A stretch of DNA of 64,000 nucleotides from a virus, in IMG/VR virus record IMGVR_UViG_3300045999_006495, positions 1 through 64,000 of that record, one strand, 5' to 3'. A program made the position numbers and the translations under genes. The notes under the pieces are model-generated. The model had not been told where the DNA came from. It saw only the letters and a program-made list of their open reading frames with translations, and ran no database searches. How positions within the stretch are numbered: position 1 is the first letter of the stretch; every line of letters begins with the position of its first letter. This document shows, one piece after another, positions 25,100 to 34,721 of the stretch.

Positions 25100-26075
25100 T
25101 TAATTCTCCTAAGTGCACTACTTTATCTACACTTGCAGTCTTACCATCCCAAGACATAAGTCTGAGAGTGTTGTAATTACTCACTACTGCATAACCACAC
25201 TGAATAGCGGGATATGAATTGAATGAAGCTTTCTTATAGTAAATGTTCTCTGGTACAAGTGCCGCACCTACAGAGATACCATAGTGGTTACTATCGTTCT
25301 CAGTATAAATACCACGGATGTGGTCGTGGTTTACAATAGCATGTCTGTTGTATTGCTGAGCAATCTTCCAAGCCAAGAAGCCCGGGACCTGATTCCATTC
25401 TTCAAGATGACCAACTATAGCATTATTGTTGAGATATACATATCCATAGTTAGACACAGTGATTCTGTGCTCACCCAACATCTCATCAATAAGTTGCTTC
25501 ATCTGCATCTCAAAGTAGTCCAGAACCCAGCCATCATGATTCCCGGGAAGTACAAATACATCAGCAAACATAGTATCAAAGTATCGCAAATAATGACGCA
25601 TGTAGTTTAGCTCATCCGTTGCAGGTGCGGTGAATTCCGGGGGGTTTTTGTGCCTCCCAGTGAACTGTCCATCAATAAGGTCACCTGCTATAATCAAGGT
25701 GTCGATATTATTTCTATGACTATCTTCCATAACAGCCTCAATTAAAGCACGGTCTACATGAGGACAATGTAAGTCACCAATAATAATAGCATCCTTAGCT
25801 TCCACCGTTGGTGCTGGTGGTAAGTTCATGATGTATTGTTCTGGTAATTGTGTAGGGTCACCCATGTAGGGGTCATCTGGCCTTGGGATAATCTTTCTGC
25901 GCTCAAGCTTCATCATAGAAACTTCAGAGTCTCTCTGGAGCTCAGCAATATACTTACGAAGAGCACCAGCATAGTCAGGATCACCCAATAGAATCTCTGC
26001 TATTTGTCTAAAAGTAATTCTAGACTTTTCTGACCTCATTCGCAAGGCTTCTTGTACAATCTCTGTTGTAATCAT
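25092..26075 (-). CDS. Calcineurin-like metallophosphoesterase with N-terminal HTH-like segment
   Basis: GDLH, GDLID, PGNHD, H.H motifs. Confidence 0.85.
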   Translation of the reverse strand: MITTEIVQEALRMRSEKSRITFRQIAEILLGDPDYAGALRKYIAELQRDSEVSMMKLERRKIIPRPDDPYMGDPTQLPEQYIMNLPPAPTVEAKDAIIIGDLHCPHVDRALIEAVMEDSHRNNIDTLIIAGDLIDGQFTGRHKNPPEFTAPATDELNYMRHYLRYFDTMFADVFVLPGNHDGWVLDYFEMQMKQLIDEMLGEHRITVSNYGYVYLNNNAIVGHLEEWNQVPGFLAWKIAQQYNRHAIVNHDHIRGIYTENDSNHYGISVGAALVPENIYYKKASFNSYPAIQCGYAVVSNYNTLRLMSWDGKTASVDKVVHLGELNA

Positions 26076-26488
26076 TCTACCTCCGTGAATGTTAAATAGA
26101 TTTTATTTAGTACATCTTGTGCGGCTATTCTAAGGGGCTTGTCTAACTTTCTAACAATCATTGCGTCATCAAGTTGGAGAACCTCACCTAGAACAGCAAA
26201 GGTGAATAATAAAACCTCTTGCACATCTTGTGTGGTAGACCCAACCATCTGAGCTATTTCCTCAGGACTATAGCCTATTGAGTAGCGCACCAAATAGAAA
26301 GGGGCTAGTGCGCTACGGTCAACAAGTACACCATAAACTGATTTATAGGCTTCTTGAATTTCTATAACTTCTTCAAATGATAGCCTACCCTTAAAAAAAT
26401 CTTTAATCTTTTCTCTAACTAAGGTCTTCGACACTTTCTTCCCCCCAACAGACATTATGAAAGTGGCAGACTCTTTCACAAAAACCAC
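26072..26488 (-). CDS. Protein with sigma-region-4-like HTH (true start possibly GTG 26434)
   Basis: GYSPEEIAQMVGSTTQDV. Confidence 0.55.
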   Translation of the reverse strand: MVFVKESATFIMSVGGKKVSKTLVREKIKDFFKGRLSFEEVIEIQEAYKSVYGVLVDRSALAPFYLVRYSIGYSPEEIAQMVGSTTQDVQEVLLFTFAVLGEVLQLDDAMIVRKLDKPLRIAAQDVLNKIYLTFTEVE

Positions 26489-27161
26489 TCTTTGGGATTT
26501 TATTGTATTCAGTATCTGCTAGAATTTGTCTAACATCATCTGCAATTTTCTCTATCTTGGTATCAATGTCAGTGATTACATCAGCCTCAATAAGTTCTTG
26601 AGTTCTCAGGTGATGCCAATAGACTTTCTCTGGAAGCTCACCATACAGTTCTCTGTAGGCCCAAGCATACAATGTGAACTGATAGTTATCTGCCAGCTTT
26701 TTCTTAGTTGGTTTGGTCTTACTTGACTTGTGGTCGATAATAGTACCGCCACTAACAATCATGTCAATAACACCCCTGAGAGTACATACTGGATTTTCTT
26801 TATTAGGGAATGGAAGTCTAAACGCCATTTCTAATTCAACTGGTTTAAATGACCAGTCAATTGAATCCAAAATTGATTGACCAAGAAGAGCTACCTGAGT
26901 GGGGCTGTCTCTACCAACAACCCCTACCTCAGCTTCTGCAAGTGCTACACCGTCATAAAACTCTTTATTAAATGTGAGCTTAGGTGGCTTATCATTGCGG
27001 TAGTACTCTTCAATACTCTTATGCAAAGCACTACCCATGATGGTTAAAACATGTCTAGGCTCTGCTTCCCCCTTTTCAATGTACTTGAAGAAGTACAACC
27101 TAGGACAAGTTTTATATGTATTGATTCTAGATGCACTAAAATCAGGTAATGTCGTAGTCAT
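26415..27161 (-). CDS. PD-(D/E)XK RecB/AddB/Cas4-like exonuclease
   Basis: SAS.I..Y..CPR, GSALH, GVID, IIDHKS, Q...Y, C-terminal Cys cluster. Confidence 0.85.
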   Translation of the reverse strand: MTTTLPDFSASRINTYKTCPRLYFFKYIEKGEAEPRHVLTIMGSALHKSIEEYYRNDKPPKLTFNKEFYDGVALAEAEVGVVGRDSPTQVALLGQSILDSIDWSFKPVELEMAFRLPFPNKENPVCTLRGVIDMIVSGGTIIDHKSSKTKPTKKKLADNYQFTLYAWAYRELYGELPEKVYWHHLRTQELIEADVITDIDTKIEKIADDVRQILADTEYNKIPKSGFCERVCHFHNVCWGEESVEDLS

Positions 27162-27510
27162 TTTCAGTCACCTCTAATCGTATTTTTGCTGTGTAAGCCG
27201 CTGAGGAGAACATTGACTTACGATATTCCAGAGACTTAACTAACGCTTCTTGTACTGCTGTTTGTGCCTCAAAATCTGCCAGTGAGTCCTTGAGTACTGA
27301 CGTTGCTTGTAAACGCCTACTCCGGGCCTCATTCGAACGTGGGCGTTGTTCTTCGATGGACACTTGTTCTTCAACTCTTTCTATCTCCCGTTTAAGTCGA
27401 ATAATTTGCGCCCTTAATTCACCTAGTGTTTGGTATGCCTTAGTCATATCATAATAATCTGGCACGTTATCAATCCACTCGTGAAGCTTACTTCTTGGTA
27501 GTAAACTCAT
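27142..27510 (-). CDS. Coiled-coil protein next to recA (possible recombination mediator)
   Basis: Heptad pattern and gene context only. Confidence 0.55.
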   Translation of the reverse strand: MSLLPRSKLHEWIDNVPDYYDMTKAYQTLGELRAQIIRLKREIERVEEQVSIEEQRPRSNEARSRRLQATSVLKDSLADFEAQTAVQEALVKSLEYRKSMFSSAAYTAKIRLEVTENDYDIT

Positions 27511-28456
27511 TAATCAGCTCCCTTTCTACTAACAGACGAATCTCATCCATTGGGAATGTATCAATAGCTGAGTCAGCACCTTGTGTCTTAGTACCATTGT
27601 ACTCAAACCAAGAACCACTCTTCTTGACAATACCCTGCTCAATAGCCAAGTCCATAATATCATGATTAGCAGATACACCCTGACCTTTAATCATTGTGTA
27701 CTCTACTTTCATTCCCTCTGCCGCTTGCTTGTTCTTAGATACAGTCAACTGGATTGTTGAGCGTGTCTCTTCTGTTTTAATCTTGACTAACTCAAGAATA
27801 ATCTTAGAGAAGTATCTAAGTGCTCTGGGTCCGAATGGTTTCTTCTCAGAGCGTGCCATTGGTGATAAGTTAGCTCTGTACTGGTTAATAAAGATAAACA
27901 GAGCGTCAGAGTTATCTACCAAACCAAGCAACCGAATAAGCCACCGTGAGAGGATGTTAGCAGAACCGGCCATGCGTGCTGGTTCATCTACATCTTTCTC
28001 AAATTCATCCTTAGTAATCATAGCTGGAACACTATCAAATACTACTAACTGAAGTCCCTCTGAAAGTAACTGTTCCAGAGCAGGTAACGCTTTCTCTGCA
28101 AAGTCTGGTTTATATACAGCTAACTTGCTAGTATCTACGCCGATTTTCTTTGCATACTCAGGGTCAAATGTACGCTCTAGGTCTACAAACACTGCATTAA
28201 CAGTCAATGTAGATTTTCCAATCTTGATGTCAACCTCCTTTAGTTGACCAGATTTTTGTGCCTGAGCAATAAAATCTAATGCTAAAGTAGTTTTACCGTG
28301 GCCCGGCTCAGCAAGTAGTTGTACAATACTTCCGCCTTGAATTCCCCTTAAATCCCCTAAAGCTACATTTACTGACGGTAAACTTGACCGAAAGTAAGTG
28401 TGTTGTTTAGAAGTGTCCCCTAACATCATTCCGTCGAATGTAATCTGCCTAGCCAC
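27488..28456 (-). CDS. recA: RecA/UvsX recombinase
   Basis: EPGHGKTT Walker A, FVDLE, VFDSVPA, FINQYR, KSGSWFEY. Confidence 0.92.
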   Translation of the reverse strand: MARQITFDGMMLGDTSKQHTYFRSSLPSVNVALGDLRGIQGGSIVQLLAEPGHGKTTLALDFIAQAQKSGQLKEVDIKIGKSTLTVNAVFVDLERTFDPEYAKKIGVDTSKLAVYKPDFAEKALPALEQLLSEGLQLVVFDSVPAMITKDEFEKDVDEPARMAGSANILSRWLIRLLGLVDNSDALFIFINQYRANLSPMARSEKKPFGPRALRYFSKIILELVKIKTEETRSTIQLTVSKNKQAAEGMKVEYTMIKGQGVSANHDIMDLAIEQGIVKKSGSWFEYNGTKTQGADSAIDTFPMDEIRLLVERELINEFTTKK

Positions 28457-28656
28457 TCGTCACCTCCTAAAGTTGCTCTAATAACGTTGATTGATTTTAA
28501 GTGAGCTTCTAGTCTGGTTCTTCCAGATACCCTCTCAGCAAATACCACACTGCGAGGGGAATTGCAATAAAAAACAATATCACACCAAAAACTATGTCCA
28601 TCTTGGTCTGTTCTAACCACAATCTCATAGGTATCACACTCCTTTCTATTTGTCAT
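28426..28656 (-). CDS. Hypothetical protein
   Basis: Coupled ORF. Confidence 0.6.
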   Translation of the reverse strand: MTNRKECDTYEIVVRTDQDGHSFWCDIVFYCNSPRSVVFAERVSGRTRLEAHLKSINVIRATLGGDEWLGRLHSTE

Positions 28657-30571
28657 ATTTATCTGATATGGCTGGCGATACAGAAACTTCCTTACCTAAG
28701 TTAGGTAGTACAATACGTGCCGCCTCTTCCATTGACTCCTTGAGGATTTTACTAGCTGTCTCTGCATACTGAGCACTAGACTCAACAATAATTTCATCAT
28801 GTACTGTTGATACAATCCGTGCTCTTTTATTGTCAAGTCTATTAAAAGTAAGAATCAAGGCCAGCTTAACCATAGTGGCTGACAAAGCCTGAATAGGGAA
28901 GTTCATGGCTTCTCTTTCAGCGGCCGCTATCTTCCACTTGTTGATAAAGTTAGCTCTGTCCCAGAATCTCATACGACCATAGCTATCTCGCACAAAGCCA
29001 TTAATGGCTAAGGACTTTGCACTCTCTTTTAACCACTTATCTGCCTGAGGAAATCTACGCTTCCAGTCCTTGATGATACCATCTGCACGCTCAGTAGTAA
29101 TCTTCTGACCAAGGCTAGATAAGGCAATAGACATTTGCTTTCCTAAGCTCTCACTACCTACATTGTAGGCAATAGAATAGTTTACCATCTTAGCCACATC
29201 ACGCCAATACTTATAGGGCTCATCTTTCTTGTTTGCTTCAGTAATTCCTGTAACACCAAGAACTTCCTTTGCAACAAAGGTATGCAAATCTGACAAGTTA
29301 GTGATAAGACCTTCATCACCACTAGCATCTGCAATAATGACTAGTTCAATAGTTGAGTAGTCTGCTATGATAAGTCTACGGCCCTCTGCAACCTTAAAAG
29401 CATGTCTGATGCTGGAATCAACCCCTAGATTTTTCATCTTCTTATCAGACGGGATGTTTTGTAGGTTTGGACTTGAGCTAGAGAATCTACCAGTAGCTGT
29501 TCCATACTGCTTAAATGAGCAGTGAATACGACCTGTGTGAGGGTTCTTCATTGTAGGTAAAGCCTTGATATAGGTGCTATGTAACTTCTTTGTGGCTACA
29601 TAGAACGAATAAGCCTGTAGGTACTTATTCTCTAGACTACCAAAATTGTCCATAGCATCACTAATATCTTCCTCATCACTTAGCTCTGAGAAGTCAATGT
29701 CAAAGTTCTTGGCTGACCTGCGATTCTTAAAGTCCCATTCCATAACAACACGAGCATTGAGATTTGGTAAATCAATACCCACCTTGTTAAACATCTCAAG
29801 CATTTGCTTGTTTGATGATGGGTTAAAAGCTACATAACCATCTCTAGAGAACATGATTTGGTCACATACTCCAGCACTGATGAACATGTCTTGTAACATA
29901 CGGTCAGACTCCTCAAGAATTCTAACAAACTGAGGGTCAAGGTTCTCTAAGTGTGAGCTATCAAAAGGCATACCAGTAAACTCAATCATAGCTACAACTG
30001 GACATAAGTCCATCTCTAGTTTATGTATCTTCTGTAGCTCGTACTTCTCAATCTCAACAACCTGAAGAGCTTGAATCATAGGCAACACCAGAACATCACG
30101 TACAGCATAGTCCAGTTGTTCCTGACTAAGTTCACTAATCTCACCCTCAGTAAACGTAGAGCGGATTGTCTTGTCTAAAACAATCTGAAGCCTACGCTCA
30201 GCAACTGCTTGAAGTGCATTAGACATTCTAGGAAGTCCTGCTGTAAGCATCTGCTCAGTTACCATAGTATCATAGACATTACGGATGAGAATGTTGGAAA
30301 GTTTGTAGATAATCTTAAGGTCATAAGAAGCATTATGGAAAACCTTAAGAGACTTGCTTGACCACACAGGGTTCAAGAGACTCAAGTCTATTGTACCAGT
30401 GCAGTCAATAACAAAGGCTTCTGTACCAGTGTAGATTTGAATCATCAGAATCTTAGCCTGATGAGGGTCAAGACTAGTAGTTTCTGTGTCCATGTACAGA
30501 ACTGGACTTTCAAGAAACACTGGCAATACGGACTTTAGATGTGCTGTAGATTTAATGATTGTGTAATTCAT
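28646..30571 (-). CDS. polA: Family A DNA polymerase with 3'-5' exonuclease
   Basis: DTET, HNASYD, TATGRFSSSSPNLQNIP, ADYSTIE, AKMVNY, NFPIQ, TVHDE. Confidence 0.95.
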   Translation of the reverse strand: MNYTIIKSTAHLKSVLPVFLESPVLYMDTETTSLDPHQAKILMIQIYTGTEAFVIDCTGTIDLSLLNPVWSSKSLKVFHNASYDLKIIYKLSNILIRNVYDTMVTEQMLTAGLPRMSNALQAVAERRLQIVLDKTIRSTFTEGEISELSQEQLDYAVRDVLVLPMIQALQVVEIEKYELQKIHKLEMDLCPVVAMIEFTGMPFDSSHLENLDPQFVRILEESDRMLQDMFISAGVCDQIMFSRDGYVAFNPSSNKQMLEMFNKVGIDLPNLNARVVMEWDFKNRRSAKNFDIDFSELSDEEDISDAMDNFGSLENKYLQAYSFYVATKKLHSTYIKALPTMKNPHTGRIHCSFKQYGTATGRFSSSSPNLQNIPSDKKMKNLGVDSSIRHAFKVAEGRRLIIADYSTIELVIIADASGDEGLITNLSDLHTFVAKEVLGVTGITEANKKDEPYKYWRDVAKMVNYSIAYNVGSESLGKQMSIALSSLGQKITTERADGIIKDWKRRFPQADKWLKESAKSLAINGFVRDSYGRMRFWDRANFINKWKIAAAEREAMNFPIQALSATMVKLALILTFNRLDNKRARIVSTVHDEIIVESSAQYAETASKILKESMEEAARIVLPNLGKEVSVSPAISDKYDK

Positions 30572-30899
30572 GAGTATATTCTACCATATCTACTGTAGTC
30601 TTGTCAAGTAACAGACGAATACCTTTGTGGCGTGCAACAATCTTTGTGTCCTCTTCAACAAAAATCAGCCTAGCATTGTCGGAGAAAAGCAAAGCAAAAC
30701 AAGCTGGTGTGTAAGCCTTGCTATTTGATAAACGCTTATCTGGCGCAATTTTAAGTCCACCAATCTTTTGCTTTTCCATCCCTAGAAAGGTAATAGGCCC
30801 AAGTACATGACATACATCATCACCCTGCTGAACATTAATAATAACTGACTTCCCTACTAACTCATCAAAGATACCACCATCAATTAACAACTTCTGCAT
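30552..30899 (-). CDS. Hypothetical protein
   Basis: Coupled ORF with GGAG RBS. Confidence 0.7.
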   Translation of the reverse strand: MQKLLIDGGIFDELVGKSVIINVQQGDDVCHVLGPITFLGMEKQKIGGLKIAPDKRLSNSKAYTPACFALLFSDNARLIFVEEDTKIVARHKGIRLLLDKTTVDMVEYTHELHNH

Positions 30900-30900
30900 A

Positions 30901-31509
30901 CTAAATCTCCTTAAGTAAGTCCCTATAATACTCTAGACTCATATGATAGTATACCACTTCATTTACTTCAAGTAAAGAGTAGTAAGGTGGTTTGTTAGAT
31001 AGCTGTGACTTTGGTAGACTAACCACAACTGTTTTTGCACTTGTGTTGTGCTTGTGTGTTGTTGGTTCTGTATCATTTACTTGCTCTGGGTAGATGCTAA
31101 GTTTGTTTAAATCATTCTTAGCTACTAAAATAAAGTCTCCTGATACATCATGATAGTGGTATACAAGCACTGGAAATAAGGCGCGCATTGCTTTAGCATC
31201 CTTAATCATCTTGTCAAACCATAGCTTATATAACTTCATAGTTGGTACATTATCTCTGCGTACCTCACTAAGCTTACATTCAATCATGTACTTACCGGGT
31301 CTATTTGTGAAGTCAATTAGAATATCACCTTTAGCTGATCCTGCACCAGATTGAGGTGTTTGGGTTCCGTCTAGGTAACGGGCTACTCGCTTTTCCATAG
31401 CTTTCGCCCGTTGACGGTTGAGTCTGTTAATCTCTTTTCTGCGGTTGTCCACTTGTTTGAAATTACCTTTACTAGTAATTGGTCTAGGCTCTCTTACTCT
31501 ATTCTTCAT
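30901..31509 (-). CDS. PD-(D/E)XK Holliday-junction-resolvase-like nuclease
   Basis: E..VA..L.G...SGAG..KGD....IECK. Confidence 0.7.
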   Translation of the reverse strand: MKNRVREPRPITSKGNFKQVDNRRKEINRLNRQRAKAMEKRVARYLDGTQTPQSGAGSAKGDILIDFTNRPGKYMIECKLSEVRRDNVPTMKLYKLWFDKMIKDAKAMRALFPVLVYHYHDVSGDFILVAKNDLNKLSIYPEQVNDTEPTTHKHNTSAKTVVVSLPKSQLSNKPPYYSLLEVNEVVYYHMSLEYYRDLLKEI

Positions 31510-32738
31510 GCAATAAACTTCTGGTATGCACCATTGAATACTACTGGTGAAGTTCCTAAACGACCATTACGATTCTTATGGAACTTAAGATTAATTGCAC
31601 GCAGACCATCATTAGCAAATTCATCAATAGGTGAAAGTTCTAATACAGTATCAGCAATTTGAGAAATCTCACCAGAGTCTCGAATAGCATCCATACCCTC
31701 TCCTCCCTTATTCATTTGCGAAAGTAACACAACAGCTACACCATTTTCCTTAGCTGATTCCTTGAGAGCTTGTGCTACCTCACCCAAGTCATAATTACGA
31801 AGTCCTGTGTTGAAGTGATTAACAATCTGGACATAGTCCAAGAAAACCACCTTACCACCCTTACCAGCAAAGTCCTTAATCTCTTTCTGGATTTGGTCCA
31901 GACGAATGCTTGGTGTATCAATAACAAAAATAGGAAGTTGTTGAAGCTTCATAACAGCCTCTTCTACCTGCTTTCGTTGATTAGTAGTGATTCTGCCTAC
32001 CAGTAAGTGCGAGGAATCAATCTCTAGCATATAAGATACCCAGCGCATAACCAACTGTTCCTTAGCCATTTCCAGACTGAAAAGGAGAGATGGAATGTTA
32101 TACTGAGAAGCCATTTCAAACATTGACTGGCCTACTAACGCAGTCTTACCAGTACCGGGCTTTGCCATAATAACTGTCAAGGTCTTAGGCATCCACTCAC
32201 CACCCAACATCATATCAAGAAACTTAAGGCCGGTGTGTGTAAACTTATACTGACCCGCTGTTTTTTGAAACAGGTCACCCAACATCTTCTGTGCACCGGG
32301 GATAATAGTGCTATCTGCCGCTGGAGCAATAGGCTCAAAGTCAAGCACATTTGCAATAGTAGTCTCGTCTGGATTAAACCGCTTACTCTGCTCTTCCAAC
32401 TCTTTGGAGGCCAAGTACAACTGCCGTCGACGGGCAATCAAGACTAACTCATCCACAAGGGCACGCTGATTAGCTACTACACCACTAGTAACCTGAGGTG
32501 GTACATTACCGTCCATGGCAATACGAAGCCCCTCATAACTAAGCTCACCATATTTAATGTATGTGTTCTTCATAGCATCAAAAACATCCTGACGCTCTTC
32601 AGTAAAGATTTGCTTGGTAATTGAGTGCATAATATCAGGGTTGTCCATCAGTGTTGAAAGTAATCGCCATTCTGCTGTTGTGTCAGTATACATTAGTTCT
32701 CCTCTGTAATTTTGCCCACTCGTGGTATGGTAAGGCAT
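31506..32738 (-). CDS. dnaB: DnaB-like replicative helicase
   Basis: AKPGTGKT, FSLEM, FLDYVQ, LSQMN, RDSGEISQIAD, KNRNG. Confidence 0.93.
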   Translation of the reverse strand: MPYHTTSGQNYRGELMYTDTTAEWRLLSTLMDNPDIMHSITKQIFTEERQDVFDAMKNTYIKYGELSYEGLRIAMDGNVPPQVTSGVVANQRALVDELVLIARRRQLYLASKELEEQSKRFNPDETTIANVLDFEPIAPAADSTIIPGAQKMLGDLFQKTAGQYKFTHTGLKFLDMMLGGEWMPKTLTVIMAKPGTGKTALVGQSMFEMASQYNIPSLLFSLEMAKEQLVMRWVSYMLEIDSSHLLVGRITTNQRKQVEEAVMKLQQLPIFVIDTPSIRLDQIQKEIKDFAGKGGKVVFLDYVQIVNHFNTGLRNYDLGEVAQALKESAKENGVAVVLLSQMNKGGEGMDAIRDSGEISQIADTVLELSPIDEFANDGLRAINLKFHKNRNGRLGTSPVVFNGAYQKFIA

Positions 32739-33564
32739 TGTTAATTATTGTGCGGTATTCTTCCTCACCCTTTAGAATAATGAACGTATCTATGTCCATC
32801 TTCTCACCACCTAGTAGAGGAAGTAAAGCTACATAGGGATTATAAAGCCTACTAGCTAGTTTGTCAATAGCTCTAAATACAGTCTCACGACTGTGTTTAA
32901 TCTTACTGGAATCAAAGACAATAATCTGCTTGTTCTGAGTGCTTGAGGTCATAGCTCTCCAAGAAGATATTCCCGGAAGCCCTACAGCTGGTACACCAGC
33001 CTTACTAGATAAGGCAGACTTAATTTCACCCTCAGTAACCACATGGTCTACTTTAAGGTCTTTGTAGTTATAGGGAAATACAGCCCCTCTGAGCTCTGCT
33101 GAACCTAAGGGTGATTTATATCTTGTCTCCTCATTTGGGTCTAGACTTCTTGCTCTGATGTCAGTAACAGAACGACCAACTAAATAAGGAAAAGAGATTC
33201 TATCTCCTAGAACACACTTCCCATTTACATAAAGGCCAGAGTCTCTAGCCAGCTCTTGATTAAAGTGTAGAGGAATATCTACCGGTATGTAGCCAATCTG
33301 AAGCTCTTCTATCATGTCATCTGTGAAGCCTCGCTTGTTTAAGTACTCTAGCGAGTGCTTGTTCAGTGAACTGTGATAGTAGCGTGAAGCTATGTTGTAG
33401 AAATTGCGGATAGATTCTATGTCTGCTTTTGGTTTATATGTATTGTCTGATGCATTATCAGCACGCTCATAATAACTACAATGAAAGCAATAACCAACAC
33501 CATTACTAGGTGTAACATAGAAGTCATTGCCTCCGCATCTAGGACAGTCTGTTTTGTAATTCAT
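32683..33564 (-). CDS. DNA primase (Zn finger + TOPRIM)
   Basis: CPRC...CFHC, YL..RGF, RISFP, TEGE, IVFD, DID. Confidence 0.88.
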   Translation of the reverse strand: MNYKTDCPRCGGNDFYVTPSNGVGYCFHCSYYERADNASDNTYKPKADIESIRNFYNIASRYYHSSLNKHSLEYLNKRGFTDDMIEELQIGYIPVDIPLHFNQELARDSGLYVNGKCVLGDRISFPYLVGRSVTDIRARSLDPNEETRYKSPLGSAELRGAVFPYNYKDLKVDHVVTEGEIKSALSSKAGVPAVGLPGISSWRAMTSSTQNKQIIVFDSSKIKHSRETVFRAIDKLASRLYNPYVALLPLLGGEKMDIDTFIILKGEEEYRTIINNALPYHEWAKLQRRTNVY

Positions 33565-33625
33565 CTTTCACCTCAAATAAAATGATTGGGGCGTGATTTC
33601 TCACGCCCCACAAGACAAACACGGT

Positions 33626-34534
33626 CTAGAAAATCTCATCAGTAATCAGCTGAGGTACATACTGATACTTGTACTGCTTCATAATCTCACCATAGTCTAC
33701 ACCATCCAGAAGTGACCGGATAGCCTCAACATCCCAAGGGCGAGTGAATGACTTGAGGTCATACAAAGGAAGTGACAAAACTGACTGTGGAAGAGGCTCA
33801 CGGTTGATGCCAGCACTCACAGTACGCTTTGTAGCAAGTCCAGTACCGCTGGTCTTGAGTTCAACATCCACCTCAGTGATAGGCATAAGAACCAACTCAG
33901 TGATTGGCATACCCTTGCTATCAATAGCCGGAATTGAAGTCAGCTTACCATTCTCGTCCTTTTCATACATAGGTACTTCTTTCCACACAGTCTTTGACAA
34001 GTCATCAATGTCATTAAGCAGACCACCTCGGCGGTCAGCACGAGCACTTACACTGCCCTCAAGAACCATGATGCTGTTATTTGGCTCTGGTCGAACATCT
34101 GTAATCTTCTTAAGACCCGCACTATCTTTCTTCCAATACTCATTGAGGTGATTAGCATAAACAATTTCACCATCTTGGAGCTTGATTACCCGTGAGCGGT
34201 CAAACACATTCAAGAAAAAACGCAACTTGACCTTGCGGCTAAGTGCATCACGCTCACCCAACTTCATAACAGAGTCATACTCTGCCAAGAGTGGACGTAC
34301 AGCATCATTCACAAAGACACGACGCTCAGTGCGAACACCGTCCTTAATCACAGGAATCCAAACACTCCAGACAATCTCACCTTGCATAGGCTCTGATGGG
34401 TTATTTGGGTCAGGAATACAACGAAATGTACGACTGCCCTCCTTGATGTCCAGAAAAACATTAGGCATACGCTGGCCATTACTGCCCTCACTCACAACAG
34501 ACTTTGCATTGTTCAACATGTTACCGAAACCCAT
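33626..34534 (-). CDS. Probable ssDNA-binding protein (gp32-like)
   Basis: Position at the head of the replication operon; R..P, NV.DR, D.....SGTGL.T pattern; followed by a terminator at 33587-33610. Confidence 0.5.
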   Translation of the reverse strand: MGFGNMLNNAKSVVSEGSNGQRMPNVFLDIKEGSRTFRCIPDPNNPSEPMQGEIVWSVWIPVIKDGVRTERRVFVNDAVRPLLAEYDSVMKLGERDALSRKVKLRFFLNVFDRSRVIKLQDGEIVYANHLNEYWKKDSAGLKKITDVRPEPNNSIMVLEGSVSARADRRGGLLNDIDDLSKTVWKEVPMYEKDENGKLTSIPAIDSKGMPITELVLMPITEVDVELKTSGTGLATKRTVSAGINREPLPQSVLSLPLYDLKSFTRPWDVEAIRSLLDGVDYGEIMKQYKYQYVPQLITDEIF

Positions 34535-34552
34535 ACGCTTAATACTACTCCT

Positions 34553-34717
34553 CTACTTACTTTGATTTGATTTATTGGTATTGGATAGCTCTCTGGCAAG
34601 ATTGTTCATCTCATCAAGAACATATTTCCTCACAACACTATTAAGTATACCAAGTTGCTCGAGCTTTGTCAAGAGCCGTCTCGCATACTTACTTGCAAGC
34701 TCTAAATTCTTTTCCAT
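34553..34717 (-). CDS. 54-aa helical protein (MEKNLELASKYARRLLTKLEQLG...), missing from the ORF track
   Basis: AAGGA RBS; fills the gap exactly. Confidence 0.55.
   Translation of the reverse strand: MEKNLELASKYARRLLTKLEQLGILNSVVRKYVLDEMNNLARELSNTNKSNQSK
34644..34672 (-). promoter_or_regulatory. Sigma70-type promoter TTGACA-17-TATACT (extended TGG) for the replication operon
   Basis: Near-consensus match. Confidence 0.8.
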
Positions 34718-34721
34718 TTAA

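Noticed and set aside
26415-27161. Cas4 of a CRISPR adaptation module
   Set aside because: It sits beside recA in the replication module with no cas1/cas2; a solo phage exonuclease is more likely.
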